Source: Eledone cirrhosa (Eukaryota). From it: a stretch of DNA of 64,000 nucleotides. The position numbers were made by a program, and so were the translations under genes. How positions within the stretch are numbered: position 1 is the stretch's first letter; each line of letters starts with the position of its first letter. Location of the stretch: contig OZ024743.1 in assembly GCA_964016885.1 (NCBI GenBank), positions 267,282,001 through 267,346,000 of the forward strand, in the 5' to 3' direction. The notes under the pieces are model-generated. The model was not told the DNA's origin and did no database searches. It saw only the letters and a list, made by a program, of their open reading frames with translations. Positions 1-11,654 of the stretch are shown here, piece by piece.

Positions 1-1759
1 CGGTCACCTGTCGGAGCCGTTCAGCATCATGCGCTCAGTTCGCCAGGGTTGTCCCCTGTCGTCCCACTTGTACGTATTGGCTCTCGAGCCGTTACTGCAC
101 AAACTGGGGGCGAGAGGGGCGTCCCACGCGAACTAGGATGCGGGAAATCCGAGTCGGCTTACGCTGACGACGTCACCGTGGTGGTGTCGAGCACCAGACA
201 CGTCCAGATGCTCGGCACCTCTCTCAAGGAATACGAAACGGTGACAGGAGCAAAGATAAACCAGGAAAAGTCGGTGGGTTTGCAGCTAGGCACCTGGAGA
301 GGCAAGTCCATGCCGTCCGACAGCGTCGTCGGGCGTTGGACGGACGGACCAGTTAAATTGCTCGGGGTCTGGTTCAGACCGGACCTCCAGATGGAGAAAA
401 ACTGGAACGAGGTGACGAGCAGGGTGGCCTCCCTCACCCAGAAATGGGCTGAGAGGAAGCTGTCCCTGAAAGGCCAGGCGGAAGGGGCGAATGCGTACAT
501 CGCATCCGTCATCTGCTACCACCTCACCGTCGTCCCTTGCTCCAGCCCAACTCTCACCAAAATGGAGCGCCTCCTCTTCCGCTTTTTGTGGAAGGGACGC
601 GCACCCATGGTCAAACGATCCATCTGCTGTCAACACCCATTGCGTGGAGGACTGGGCATGCCATGGCTGATGATGCGCAAACATGGGGTGAGGCTGCGAC
701 ATCTCTGGTTCTTCCTTGATGGTGAACGGGTGTGGTCGTCGTTCGCCAGGCACAGGGATAGCGCTTGGAAACTGGAATGTCTACAGGCGCTCACTGCCCT
801 CTCCCAGTTGGGCACCAGTATCGGTGGAACATCCACCTCGGCGTTCTATAGAGGACTAGTGGAGGGGAAGAGCGACGACGTTCTCGGAGAGATCCTGGGC
901 GCCGAAGAAGATCAGCTGCTTGCTCTCTTCCGGAGAACTTTCAGCCCGGGGCCTATGGATAACTTCCAAAAATCCCTGGCCTGGCAGTGCTACCGGGGAG
1001 CGCTGCCGGTTCGAAATAAGCTCTACAGGCACGGAAGTGCCGTCAGCCGAGCCTGTCCGAGATGTACGCATAGCGACGAAACCGTTGTGCACGCACTCGT
1101 TCAGTGCGCGAGCATTGTTGACTTGATGGAGCTATGTCGAACAGTTGCTGTCACGTGTGGGACTGATCCGGTTGTCGACTGAGTCCATTGTGCAGATGGT
1201 CTCGCCGTCTTCCTTTGAGGAGGAAGGGCAGGCGGTTTTCATCTGCCTGGTGGCCATGGCGAAAGAGATTGTGTGGTGGACAAGGTTAAAAGGATTAAAG
1301 ACAAACACTTTCCTCTTCGGCGAATCCCTAATTAACTTTTTCAAGTTTCACTTGAAGAGGAAAATCAGGGTGGAGAGGCAAGTGCTGCTTTCTAGCAAGT
1401 TTGTTGAAAGGTGGGTGAATGTAACGAAAATGGTCCGAGTGAATGGGACCACTCTGAATATACGTCTGTAGTTTGAGAGATGGAAAAATTGATAGAGGGC
1501 GCTTGCCCTGGTAGTCAGCGTGGCCGTGGTCTTTTGTGTGGTTTTCGCCACGAGTAACCCTCAGAGATTTCCCCCCTATTGGGGAATTTTTCATTGTTTC
1601 AATTTTCATTTTATTGTTTATATATATATATATGTTTTATGTCGTTTTTCTTTTCTTATATAAATAATAAAAATATTTACACGCACAAAACCCACATCGT
1701 ACCGTCCTGTTCCGTCTGTGATGTTTTTCTTGATGTCAGCCCTTGTGGCCAATACAGAA

Positions 1760-1804
<45 letters not shown>
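1..1804 (+). mobile_element. Tx1/L1-clade non-LTR retrotransposon, 3' part (copy 1; RT C-terminal half, zf-RVT region, 3'UTR, (TTA)n tail)
   Basis: The window opens in the RT at VRQGCPLS. ORF 49-1182 has AYADDVTV and CPRC..ETVVHALVQC. A frameshifted C-terminus (1145-1471) is homologous to ORF 12750-15074. The element ends in (TTA)n at 1761-1804. Confidence 0.92.
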
Positions 1805-2180
1805 GGCGACCTACGTAGTAAATCGTATCATCGTGAGCTCCGCAAAGGTTTGTTGTTTGCGTTTGTTAAAAATTGTCATTTATAGAAAATGTTTATTGTT
1901 AACTGTATATAAGCGCACATACATTGTTTTCCGAAAAGAACACCCAAAAATATTGGGGCCTTGTGCCAAAATTTAAACTTTTATGATTATCAAAAATTTC
2001 TTTGAAAAATTCATGGCCTTTTCACCTCTGCACCAAGCAGCTGAGAGCCTTCCTCACAAACTAACACCTCACACCGACACCACCATTGTAAATATTACTA
2101 CGTTTACCAACACTAAAGATATAAGCATTAGCAATATTTTAAATTTGTCTTAGGCAGATATTAATTTCCCGCCATTACGA

Positions 2181-3854
2181 TTGACTGCAGGTGTTAAAGC
2201 CGTCACCACCACCACCACCACCGCGACAGCAGAAACAAAAGAAACAAATAAATTAACTCGTGATGTCGAAATGAATTCAACCAAAATGAACTCTTCCACA
2301 CCGTACACCACTGATGCCACCACCACCACAACTGAAACTAAAATTAATAATATAAAAAATAACGATAATAACAACAGCAACAATGACAGTAAGAAAACCA
2401 CCCTGAGTTTTGCCAGAGTAGCAAAACAGTGCGAAGCATTTCAGGTAACTCAGGAGGAATTAGAAGATGCCAAAAAAATGGTAAAGAAAGATGGGTACAG
2501 AGTCAGCCTCACCCCCCACCAAATAAAATGGAGCATCGGCGCCTATGCACCGTGTCGTATCGAACAATTAATGTAAAATCGCGCCCAGTGGAACGGGTAT
2601 CCGAGTCCCAAATCCAAAGAGCTTTGGGACATGTGTGGGCAAGAAAAACCCACATGAGACGTGGGCAGAAGTATGGAACCGTGGACGTGTTCTTTGAAAC
2701 ACCAGAGGAGGCTAGAGAACACTCCATGGCCCAATTAAGAAGTGACGACTTCACACTCGTCCCAAGCCATTATGGCCAGAGACTCGTAAAGATCAGGGTT
2801 CCACCGGCCATCGAAATCATCTGGCTAATAGCTGCCGTCCTCGCCGGCATCGAAGCCAACACCAAGATAATAGCAATATCAAAAGGAGAGCAGGAGAACT
2901 GGTCCGGATCTGGGATGGAGCTCCTGATCCAAGCGGACCAAAAAAGCATTGAGGAGATCCCAGAGGTAATAGACCTCACTGTCGGCAGCCACCTCATCGT
3001 AATTGTCGAGGGCAGAAGGCCTAGGTGTGTCGTTTGTGGTGAAGGAATCCACCTAAGGGCTTTCTGCCCTCAGGCTAAAAGGTTGAGGCCACCTCTCCTA
3101 CACACCCCAGTGACTGAACCATCTACACCACAAGCAGCAGAGATGGCAGCAACAACAAAAGCAACTATAACAGCAACAACCCCAACAACAGTAGCAAAAC
3201 CAACAACACCACCACCCAACGCTTCAGAACTAACACCAGCGCCTACACCATCCACTACGCCACAACCAAAACTAACGCCTGTGGAGGATTATCCATTCCC
3301 CGGCCTATCACAACTGGAGACAGATTGTGACGACGAGGAGTGGGAAACGGTATCATGAAAAAAGAAAAAAAAGAAACCAAAATAGAAAAAAATTCTCTTC
3401 CTTCCCCCTCCAAAAACAAAATACAGAAGGAAACAAATAAACTATCAAACAAAAAAGTTAGGACAGACATGCCACCATCCACACCAGCATCACCAACCCC
3501 ATTACCCCAAACACCAACACCATCACCATCATTAAACCCAACACCACCATCACCTACACCACAATAGTCACCAAAATGCGAAAGAGAAACAAACCCACAA
3601 CAAACGCAAACAAAACAAAACAACCAAAACGATACACACTACACAGCATGAAATTTGAACAACAACCAATAATTACACTACATCCAAAACATCACCAGCA
3701 TCACAGAAAAAAACTACACAACAACCCAAAAATTCACACCACCTCCACACATACACATCACTCGCATCACACAGAAAACGTATATGGCACTAAAACAAAA
3801 ATTCCCCAAAGACATCGGAGAATTCCGACAAGCACTCTCCAGCAGGATTTATAA
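2181..3854 (+). pseudogene. Tx1 ORF1 (gag-like nucleic-acid-binding protein), frameshifted
   Basis: ORF pieces 2181-2576 and 2429-3358 align with the intact ORF1 at 9523-11571 (SFA..AK, EELEDAKKMV, CTVSYRT, QIQRALG). The zinc knuckle is CVVCGEGIHLRAFC. Confidence 0.85.
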
Positions 3855-3964
3855 GGACATCCTTCCTGAGGAGGCCACGATATGTGAAAAGGATGGAGAA
3901 ACCGTCCTTCCTCTACGAGAAGTAAGGTAAGTAGTCTTTCCCATCTTTTCCACTCCATTTCAAC

Positions 3965-6900
3965 ATGACCTCACTCAGAATATGCAGCATAAATGCGTGT
4001 GGCTTGGGGTCGTCATGGAAGCAGGGTCACCTGCTCAACAACCTCAAGTCACTAAACATAGATGTAGTGGCCATCAGCGAGGCCAGAATCTCCGAAGCAC
4101 GGGCCTTCGCACCGATCTTGGGAGGCTACGATGTGTACGCATCTCCCAGCCGTCCTGGATCAGGGGGGAGGAGTTGCTGTGCTTTTTCGGGGAGGTTTGG
4201 ATCTCGCCATACGGGCCATCTTCCTGGACCCAGAGGGTAAGTTGCTGGTGCTGGACGTGACCAGCGGAGACGGCCAAGCTTTCAGGCTAGTGGCCGTCTA
4301 TGCCCCGACAGGAGCAGGGCGGCCTGATTTCTTCCGGCGTCTGGAGACCTTTCTTGGAACGTCCCGCTCTTTAGTGTTAGTGGGCGACTGGAACGGGATC
4401 TTAGATGCACGCTGGGACCGTGTAGGATTAGCGGATAGGGGTGTAGGGTGCAAGAGCCTCACCAACCTGCTCAGGCGTTTTGAACTGTCTGACAGGTACC
4501 GATTGGATTTCCCGAATGTGCCAATGTGGACTTGGACAAATCGCATAGGGTCATCCAGATCATATCTAGATAGAGTATTTTGTAGGGAAATAGATAGGTC
4601 TAGCATAGGCTGTCCACAATTCAAGATAGTCAGCTACACGGACTACACATTCGTTATTTGTGTGCTTGACTTAGATAGGCTTCATAGACGAGGACCCGGC
4701 TACTGGAAGCTAAACGCGTCCTTACCAGCGCGAAAGGCCTACAGAGGCCGGATTAGCGAACTAGTTAAGCGCACGTTGACGGGAGCCATCGTCAACAAGT
4801 GGTGGTTTGCTCTGAAAAGAGCGATTAGAATAAAATCCATTAGGTTTAGTAAGCCTTTAGCAATAGAGAAAAATAGAGCAGAGGGAGAACTAGTTAGAAA
4901 ATTAGACGAGGCGCTTAGCAAAGGCATCGCGACCGACGTGCTTGCGGCGAAATTGGCCCTTGACCAATTCGTCAATGCAAAGGACGAAGGCTGCGTAGTC
5001 AGAGCTAGGGTGCGTGCTCTCAGACACGAGGGGACGAAAGCCGTTCAATGGGCCCGAGTGGCGGAGGCGCGTCGTGGCAACAAAGCCACGATCCGGTCTT
5101 TGGTGGACCACGACGGGCGCATGCTTCTTGATCCCGGGCAAATGTGTGAAGCTTTTCAGCGACACTTCGCTCAGCTGTTCGGGGGCAGCGGTGGGCCGGG
5201 TCGAGGGATGGACTTTAGTGTCTACCTCGACGGACTGCCGCGGCTCTTGGCCACTGAGGCGGAGTGTTGCGAAAAGCCGATAACAGCCGCTGAAGTACGG
5301 GAGGCAATGACTGACTGCACAAGGGGTAAATCGCCTGGTTTGGATGGTCTGCCATATGAAACGTACGTACATATGCCAAACTTATTCGGAGGCCTCTTGG
5401 CGGACGTTTGCTGCAACTGGCAACAGAACGGGAGAATCCCCAGCTCTGTGAGCCAAGGAGCGTGGGACTGCTGGAAAGGATCCGAACAAGGGGGATAACA
5501 TAGATAATTTCAGGCACATAATTCTGCTGAACACAGAGTTCAAGATTTTGGCCAAGATGCTAGCAAAGAGGTTGGCGCTTGTCGTTGGTTGTCTGGTGAG
5601 AGAGGCGCAGACATGCGCCATTCCCGACAGATCCATCCACGACAACCTCCATCTCATGCGATACATCGTAGAGAGGGTAGCTAGGGAACCTGGCACGGGT
5701 GGGTCTTTGATCAATTTTTCATCAGTCGAAAGCTTTCGATAGGGTCGACCATCGTTACCTAGCGGCAGTCCTGAGAGCGGCTGGCTTTGGGCCCGTCTTC
5801 AGAGGCTGGATCGCTGCCATGCATCTGCTCTGTGGTGAGAGTGAACGGTCACCTTTCGGAACCGTTTAACATCGCGCGCTCGGTCCGCTAAAGATGTCCC
5901 CTCTCGTCCCTCTTGTACGTATTGACTCTCGAGCCATTACTGCACAAACTGGAGACGTTCAGGGGCGTCCCACGCGAGCTAGGATGCGGAAGATCCGTGT
6001 CAGCATATGCGGACGATGTCACCGTAGTGGTGTCGAACGCCAAACACATCGAGGCGATCGGAACTACACTAAAAGAATACGAAGCGGTGACAGGAGCAAT
6101 GATCAACCAGGAAAAGTCAGTTGGCGGTGAGGAATCTATCCCTGAAAGGTCGAGCGGAGGTGGCGTCTGTCATCTGCTACCGCCTGACCGTCGTACCTTG
6201 TCCTAAGCCCCGCCTATCTGCTCTGAGGCGTTTGCTCTTTCGTTTTTTTGTGGAAAGGATGCGCTTCGATGGTCAGGCGGTCCATTTGTTGTCAACACCC
6301 GCTACGTGGAGGGCTGGGCATGCCGTGGCTGATGATGCGCAGACACGCGCTCAGGCTACGACATCTGCACCTCTACCTCGACGGTGATCAGGTGTGGTCG
6401 CTGTTTGCTAGACACGTATTTGCCTAGCTCGTTTCCTTGACGGAGCTGCAGTCCTGGGTCAAGCGAAGACCGAGAAAGGAGCGCCTGGAGACTGGAATGT
6501 CGTCACGAGGTCACAGCCCTCGACCAATCGGGCAATGTGATCGGTGAAAAGTCCATCTCGGCGTTCTATAGAGGATTAGTGGAGGGGAAGAGCGACGACG
6601 TAATTGGGGAAACTCTAGGCGTCGACGAAAATCAACAATCCAATCTCTTCGGAAGAACTTTCGGGCCGGGGCCTATGGACAACTTCCAGAAATCTCTGGC
6701 CTGGCAGTGCTACCGAGGAGCCTTGCCAGTTCGAGATAAACTCTACAGGCATGGAGGTGCCGTCATTCTCGCATGTCCGAGATGCGATCAGGGCGACGAA
6801 CCGTCCTGCACGCACTCGTCCAGTGTCCGAAAATTGCTGACTTGTGGGTTTGTGTCGAACACCTGCTGTCACGTGTAGGACGAATCCAGCTATCAGCTGA

Positions 6901-7189
6901 GTCCATCGTGAGGATAGCCCCGCCCTCTTCCTTTAGCCGGGAAGGGCAGGCAGTTTTTATCTGTCTGGTAGCCATGGCGAAAGAGATAGTATGGTGGACA
7001 CGTTTGAAAGGGCTGAAGACGAGCACTTACCTCTTCGGTGATACCCTGATTAACTTTTTCAAATTTCATTTGAATAGGAAAATCAGGGTAGAGAGGGAAG
7101 TGCTCTCTTCCCAGCATTTTGTTGAAAGATGGGTAAGAGAAGCAAGTATGGCCCGAGTGAATGGGCCTACTCTGAGTATGTGTCTGTAA
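3965..7189 (+). pseudogene. Tx1 ORF2 (APE endonuclease + reverse transcriptase), multiply frameshifted
   Basis: APE motifs are SINA.GL, VYAP, GDWN and SYLDRVF. RT motifs are KSPGLDGLP and YADD. The nucleotide sequence closely matches 11655-15074. Confidence 0.92.
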
Positions 7190-7489
7190 ATTAAAGGTGG
7201 AAAGCTGGGAGAGGGCACTTGCCCTGGTGGTCAGGGTCACTGTGGTCTTTTAATGGGCCTCTCCACAAATGTCCCTCGGAAGTCCCCCCCCCCCCCTATT
7301 GGGGAATTTTTCTTTGTTATTTTATTTCATCCTCTGTTTTTTTTACACGCAGAAATGCCCATTTGTACCGTCCTGTATTGTCCTGTACTGTCCTTAATGT
7401 CTACTTTATGTAAACCCTTGTGCTTAATAAAGAAAACATTATTATTATTATTATTATTATTATTATCATTATTATTATTATTATTATTA

Positions 7490-9282
7490 CAGTTGCATTT
7501 ATCTTGCTTTATGTTCATACGAGTTATCACCAAGTCACAACCAGTGACCTCAAGAGACAACAAGGTCCGCCATGTTCAGGAAAGAACATACATACTCACA
7601 CATGTATCTTTAGTGTTCAGACTTGTGATGTACTTATATTGACAGAATCTTCCTTAGTATATGGGCAGTTCCCATTAGTACTATCTTTTGTATTTCTCCT
7701 ATACGCGGGTTTCCTGGGATTTGCGATAAGTAATCATAAGACCCCTTAGGTATTCCCAGAGCGCCTACAACCACTGGTATTGTTTTAGTTCTCAATTTCC
7801 ACATTTTTGCAATTTCTATCTCCAGGTCCTTATACTTGCTCAATTTTTCAAATGTTTTTATAGATACATTCTTGTCTAATGGAACGGACATATCAATAAG
7901 CAGGCATACCCTCTTTTTAAAGTCCTTCAATATTATATCAGGTCTATTTGCATCTATTTTTCGGTCTGTTTGGATGCTAAAGTTCAACAAGATTGAGATG
8001 AGATCTTTTTCAAGTATGGGAGGTGGTTGATGCTCCCACCAATTCTTTTGATGGGGCAAGTCAAAATGCTTACACATTATCCAATGTATGTATTGTGCAG
8101 CTCTGTCATGCCTGTTTAGGTATTCTGTTGGAGCTATAGGACTGCACATTGAAATTATATGTTCAAAGGTCTCTGGTTGTTTTTTACATACACGGCATAA
8201 TGGGCTGCATCCATTTTTTATTATGTTGGCTTGGTAATTTTTTGTTGGCAGACACTGATCTTGTGCTGATATAATCAGTCCTTCAGTCTCCGATTTCAGT
8301 CCAGAGGATGCCAACCACTGATGGGTTAATGTTTTGTCAACATCAGGACTGTTTGCTCGTTCTGGGTATTTTCCATACAGAGGCTTTTCTTGCCATTTCT
8401 TAGCCAGTTTCTGTAGCAGTTCTTTCTTTGCAGTTACTTTTACCTGCTTGGCTTTTTCTGTGTTTTCCATTTCAGCAGTAAATGGGACTTCTGGAATGTG
8501 TAGTCCATTACTGTATCTTTGTGCATCTTTTGTAATGGAGTATGATCTTTGATGCTTTCGTGTTTCAAAACGAGTTTGATCATCCAATCATGTGATTCCC
8601 TTAGATATGTAGATAATCCAATTGTTGCAGTTTTGAACACAATGTCTAACTCGATTAACCCACGTCTTCCTTCTTTCCTAGGGAGATATATTCTATCTGT
8701 ATCTGCCTTAGGGTGATGCATTCTGTGCATGGTTAAGTATTTTCGAATTTTTGTATCCAGCCTACGGATCTCTGTGTTTGACCAGTTGATGACATTGTAA
8801 CTGTAGGTTACTACTGGTATGGCAAGCGTGTTTATGGCATCGATCCTATTCCTTGCATTCAATTCCGTTCTCAAGATTGCTTTTACTCTGCGGTAACATT
8901 CCTTCCTTATCCTTTCCCTCATTGTCCAGTGCTTGATTCCGTCTCCTTCACAAACACCTAGATATTTGTAAGTTTTTTCTTGATCAAGTTCTCTTATCAC
9001 ATTCCCCCGATCAAGATTAATGTCTGAACTCTTCAGCATCTTTACTCTGGTGAACGTTGCTTTGGCGCATTTATCTAGTCCAAACTCCATTTTAATGTCA
9101 GCACTGAACTGCTCCACAGTGGATAATAGCCCTTGCAATTGTTCATCATGTTTTGCAAATAGTTTCAGGTCATCCATGTAGAACAAGTGATTAATGGTTT
9201 TGTCATAGACTTTATATCCATGGTCTGTTTCATTGAGCATTTTACTTAATGGTATAAGTGCGATGCAGAATAAAAGCGGATC
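7490..9282 (-). mobile_element. R4/Dong-type non-LTR retrotransposon with restriction-like endonuclease, 5'-truncated (Dong copy A)
   Basis: RT motifs are HLFYMDDLKLFA and YKYLG. The CCHC finger is CRVC..ETFEHIISMC, followed by RHD and a PD-(D/E)xK domain (RPDII..IDMSVP..EKLSKYKDL). There is one frameshift near 8550. It is flanked by (TAA)n on both sides, the known Dong target. Confidence 0.9.
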
Positions 9283-9522
9283 ATTATTATTATTATTATT
9301 ATTATTGAATGCCATGGTTGACGGAGGCTCGGCTCTGTAAGGTATAGTAATTTTTAACCGTTAAAACAATTGTAAATTGTTTAAAACTTGAACCAAATTG
9401 TTGATAAAGACACCCTCCTCCTCGTGAGAGGGGTCTTTCTGTCCGTTATTTGGCCCTTCGGGGTTAAATAACCAGTTATTGGGGTTTTGTACCCAAAATT
9501 TCATTTTAAACAAAAAAACAAC

Positions 9523-11571
9523 ATGGCTACGAAAAAGAAATTTCATACGTCACTCCCACTCATTCCGTCTTCTTCTTCATCAATCATCACTACAGCAGAG
9601 AGAAGATTGTCTCTCTCCCTCCCTTCTTTAAATGTGTCTCTCTCCCTCCCTTCTCTTTCGCAAGTGACGAAAGAAAAGAAAAGTCTCGTGCAAAGCGTGC
9701 AAGGTTTCTCCACGACGACGACGACACCGACGAAACAGGTGTGCGGGAAATACGAAAACCCAGTTCATTCGTCTGACGTCAGGAATAATAGCAGTAGCAG
9801 CCGTAATAACAACAGCAACAGTGACAATGAAAACAACAGTAGCAGCCGCAACAGCATCACCAGCAGCATAAACAACAACAGCATTAGCAGCAGCAACACC
9901 AACAACAACCACAGCAACAGCGGCGGAGGCAGTAGTCGTAGTACCTGCAACAACAACAAAAGTACCAGCAGCTCTGACGACAACAACAACAGCAGAGAAA
10001 AACCAATCTCATTTGCAGGTATTGCGAAAAACTTGGAAACAATCCTCATAACAAATGAGGAATTAGAGGAAGCGAAGAAGATGGTGACAAAGAACGGACA
10101 CCGAGCAATCTGCAAGGCAGCGGAAAAATTTTTCGAAACCCAAGAGCACTGTACGGTCACGTACCGTACAGTAAGTACAAAATCCCGTAGGGTGGAAAGA
10201 GCCACAGAGGCCCAAATACAAAAAGCCTTGGGGTCTGTGTGGCAGCGGAAAACGCACATCACCCGAGGCAAAAAATATGTCACCGTAGACGTACTTTTTG
10301 CCACACCCCAGGAGGCAAAGGCCCAATCAGTAGTGACCCTAAGGAGCGAGGAAATGGTGTTGGTGCCCTCCTACTGCGGGCAAAAAATTGTGAGGGTCAA
10401 ACTGACCCACGTCCCCCCCGGAATGACCCCTTCTTGGCTGGCCGCGTCTGTCCTCGTCGGAATCGAGGACAAAACAACTGTACTGCAAGTACAGAAAAAA
10501 GTAAGAGAAGATTGGGTCGGCTCCTCCATTGAGATGCTAATCCAAACCAACCAGGAGTGCATCGAAGCTATCCCGGATGTGATAGACTTCGATAACGGCA
10601 CTCAACTGCCCATAAGTGTTGAGGGCAAACGCCCGAAATGCTTTCGCTGTGGATCGAAGACTCACCTCAGGGCCTTCTGCAACGAGAAGACCCTGAGAAA
10701 GGAGAAAACCCCCCTCCTTCCGAATCCGGCTCCACGGCTACCAGCAACAGGACAAGCGGCAACCAGGAACGATAGGCCCGTGGCACCCATACCCACTCCA
10801 CGGAAATCAAAAACAGCAGCAGCAGTGGAAATACTAACAACAACAACAGCAATACCAAATGCAGCTGCAACAGAGACTCCAGTGCAAACATCACCAACAA
10901 CAACAAGTGAAAGAGTGGAGCTGGTACCCCTCCCCGACCTCACAGAATCAGACATGGAGTGTGAGGTGGGAGAGAGATGGCAAAAGGTCGTAAGAAGGCA
11001 CAAACGCAGAAGCAGCGAATCGTCGCCTTTGAAAAGGGAGGAAAGAAATGAAAAAAGGGTAAAGTCTACTGCAAAGAGACCCACAGCAGCAACAACACCA
11101 ACACCATCACCACCCACACTAGCACCACCATCACCACCGGCGACAACCCCACCGACAACAACACCTTCAACACCACCACCACAAGCACCAACATCGCAAA
11201 CACAACAACAAAACACACACACACAGCAACAACGACAAGAAAATAGCAGAACCACACCCCACCCCCAGAAAAACAAATGCACGGCAATAAACACACACAA
11301 CAAGAAACTAATGACTTACATAATTGAACACACAGACATTTCACAACAGGACTACATAATACCAGCAGCAATCAAAACGCCAACTAACATAAGACTGCTA
11401 AAAATAGCACAGAAACAATACACAAACATTAAAACGAAATTCCCCAACGCAGTTGGTGATTTCAGGGACCTAGGAGGAACCATCAATCGAAGAGTATACT
11501 CAGACATTCTCTTAGAAGAGCCGACGACCAGCCGAAGGGACGATTCAACGGTCCCTTCACCAGACGATTAA
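9523..11571 (+). CDS. Tx1 ORF1 protein (~682 aa; N/S-rich N-terminus, CCHC zinc knuckle, P/T-rich C-terminus)
   Basis: Uninterrupted frame from the first ATG (MATKKK at 9523), with the knuckle CFRCGSKTHLRAFC, directly upstream of ORF2. Confidence 0.85.
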   Translation: MATKKKFHTSLPLIPSSSSSIITTAERRLSLSLPSLNVSLSLPSLSQVTKEKKSLVQSVQGFSTTTTTPTKQVCGKYENPVHSSDVRNNSSSSRNNNSNSDNENNSSSRNSITSSINNNSISSSNTNNNHSNSGGGSSRSTCNNNKSTSSSDDNNNSREKPISFAGIAKNLETILITNEELEEAKKMVTKNGHRAICKAAEKFFETQEHCTVTYRTVSTKSRRVERATEAQIQKALGSVWQRKTHITRGKKYVTVDVLFATPQEAKAQSVVTLRSEEMVLVPSYCGQKIVRVKLTHVPPGMTPSWLAASVLVGIEDKTTVLQVQKKVREDWVGSSIEMLIQTNQECIEAIPDVIDFDNGTQLPISVEGKRPKCFRCGSKTHLRAFCNEKTLRKEKTPLLPNPAPRLPATGQAATRNDRPVAPIPTPRKSKTAAAVEILTTTTAIPNAAATETPVQTSPTTTSERVELVPLPDLTESDMECEVGERWQKVVRRHKRRSSESSPLKREERNEKRVKSTAKRPTAATTPTPSPPTLAPPSPPATTPPTTTPSTPPPQAPTSQTQQQNTHTQQQRQENSRTTPHPQKNKCTAINTHNKKLMTYIIEHTDISQQDYIIPAAIKTPTNIRLLKIAQKQYTNIKTKFPNAVGDFRDLGGTINRRVYSDILLEEPTTSRRDDSTVPSPDD

Positions 11572-11654
11572 CTGAAAAGGGATGTAAAAACCATCCCTCC
11601 TCTACCAAAAGTACGGTAAGTGGTCTTTCCCATCTTTTCCACTCTATATTAAAC

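Larger units (their letters stand above)
1805..7489 (+). mobile_element. Full-length but degraded Tx1/L1-clade non-LTR retrotransposon (copy 2)
   Basis: It has a 5'UTR, a frameshifted ORF1 with a CCHC knuckle, and an APE-RT ORF2 broken by frameshifts. It is bounded by (ATT)n tracts at 1761-1804 and 7438-7489. Confidence 0.92.
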
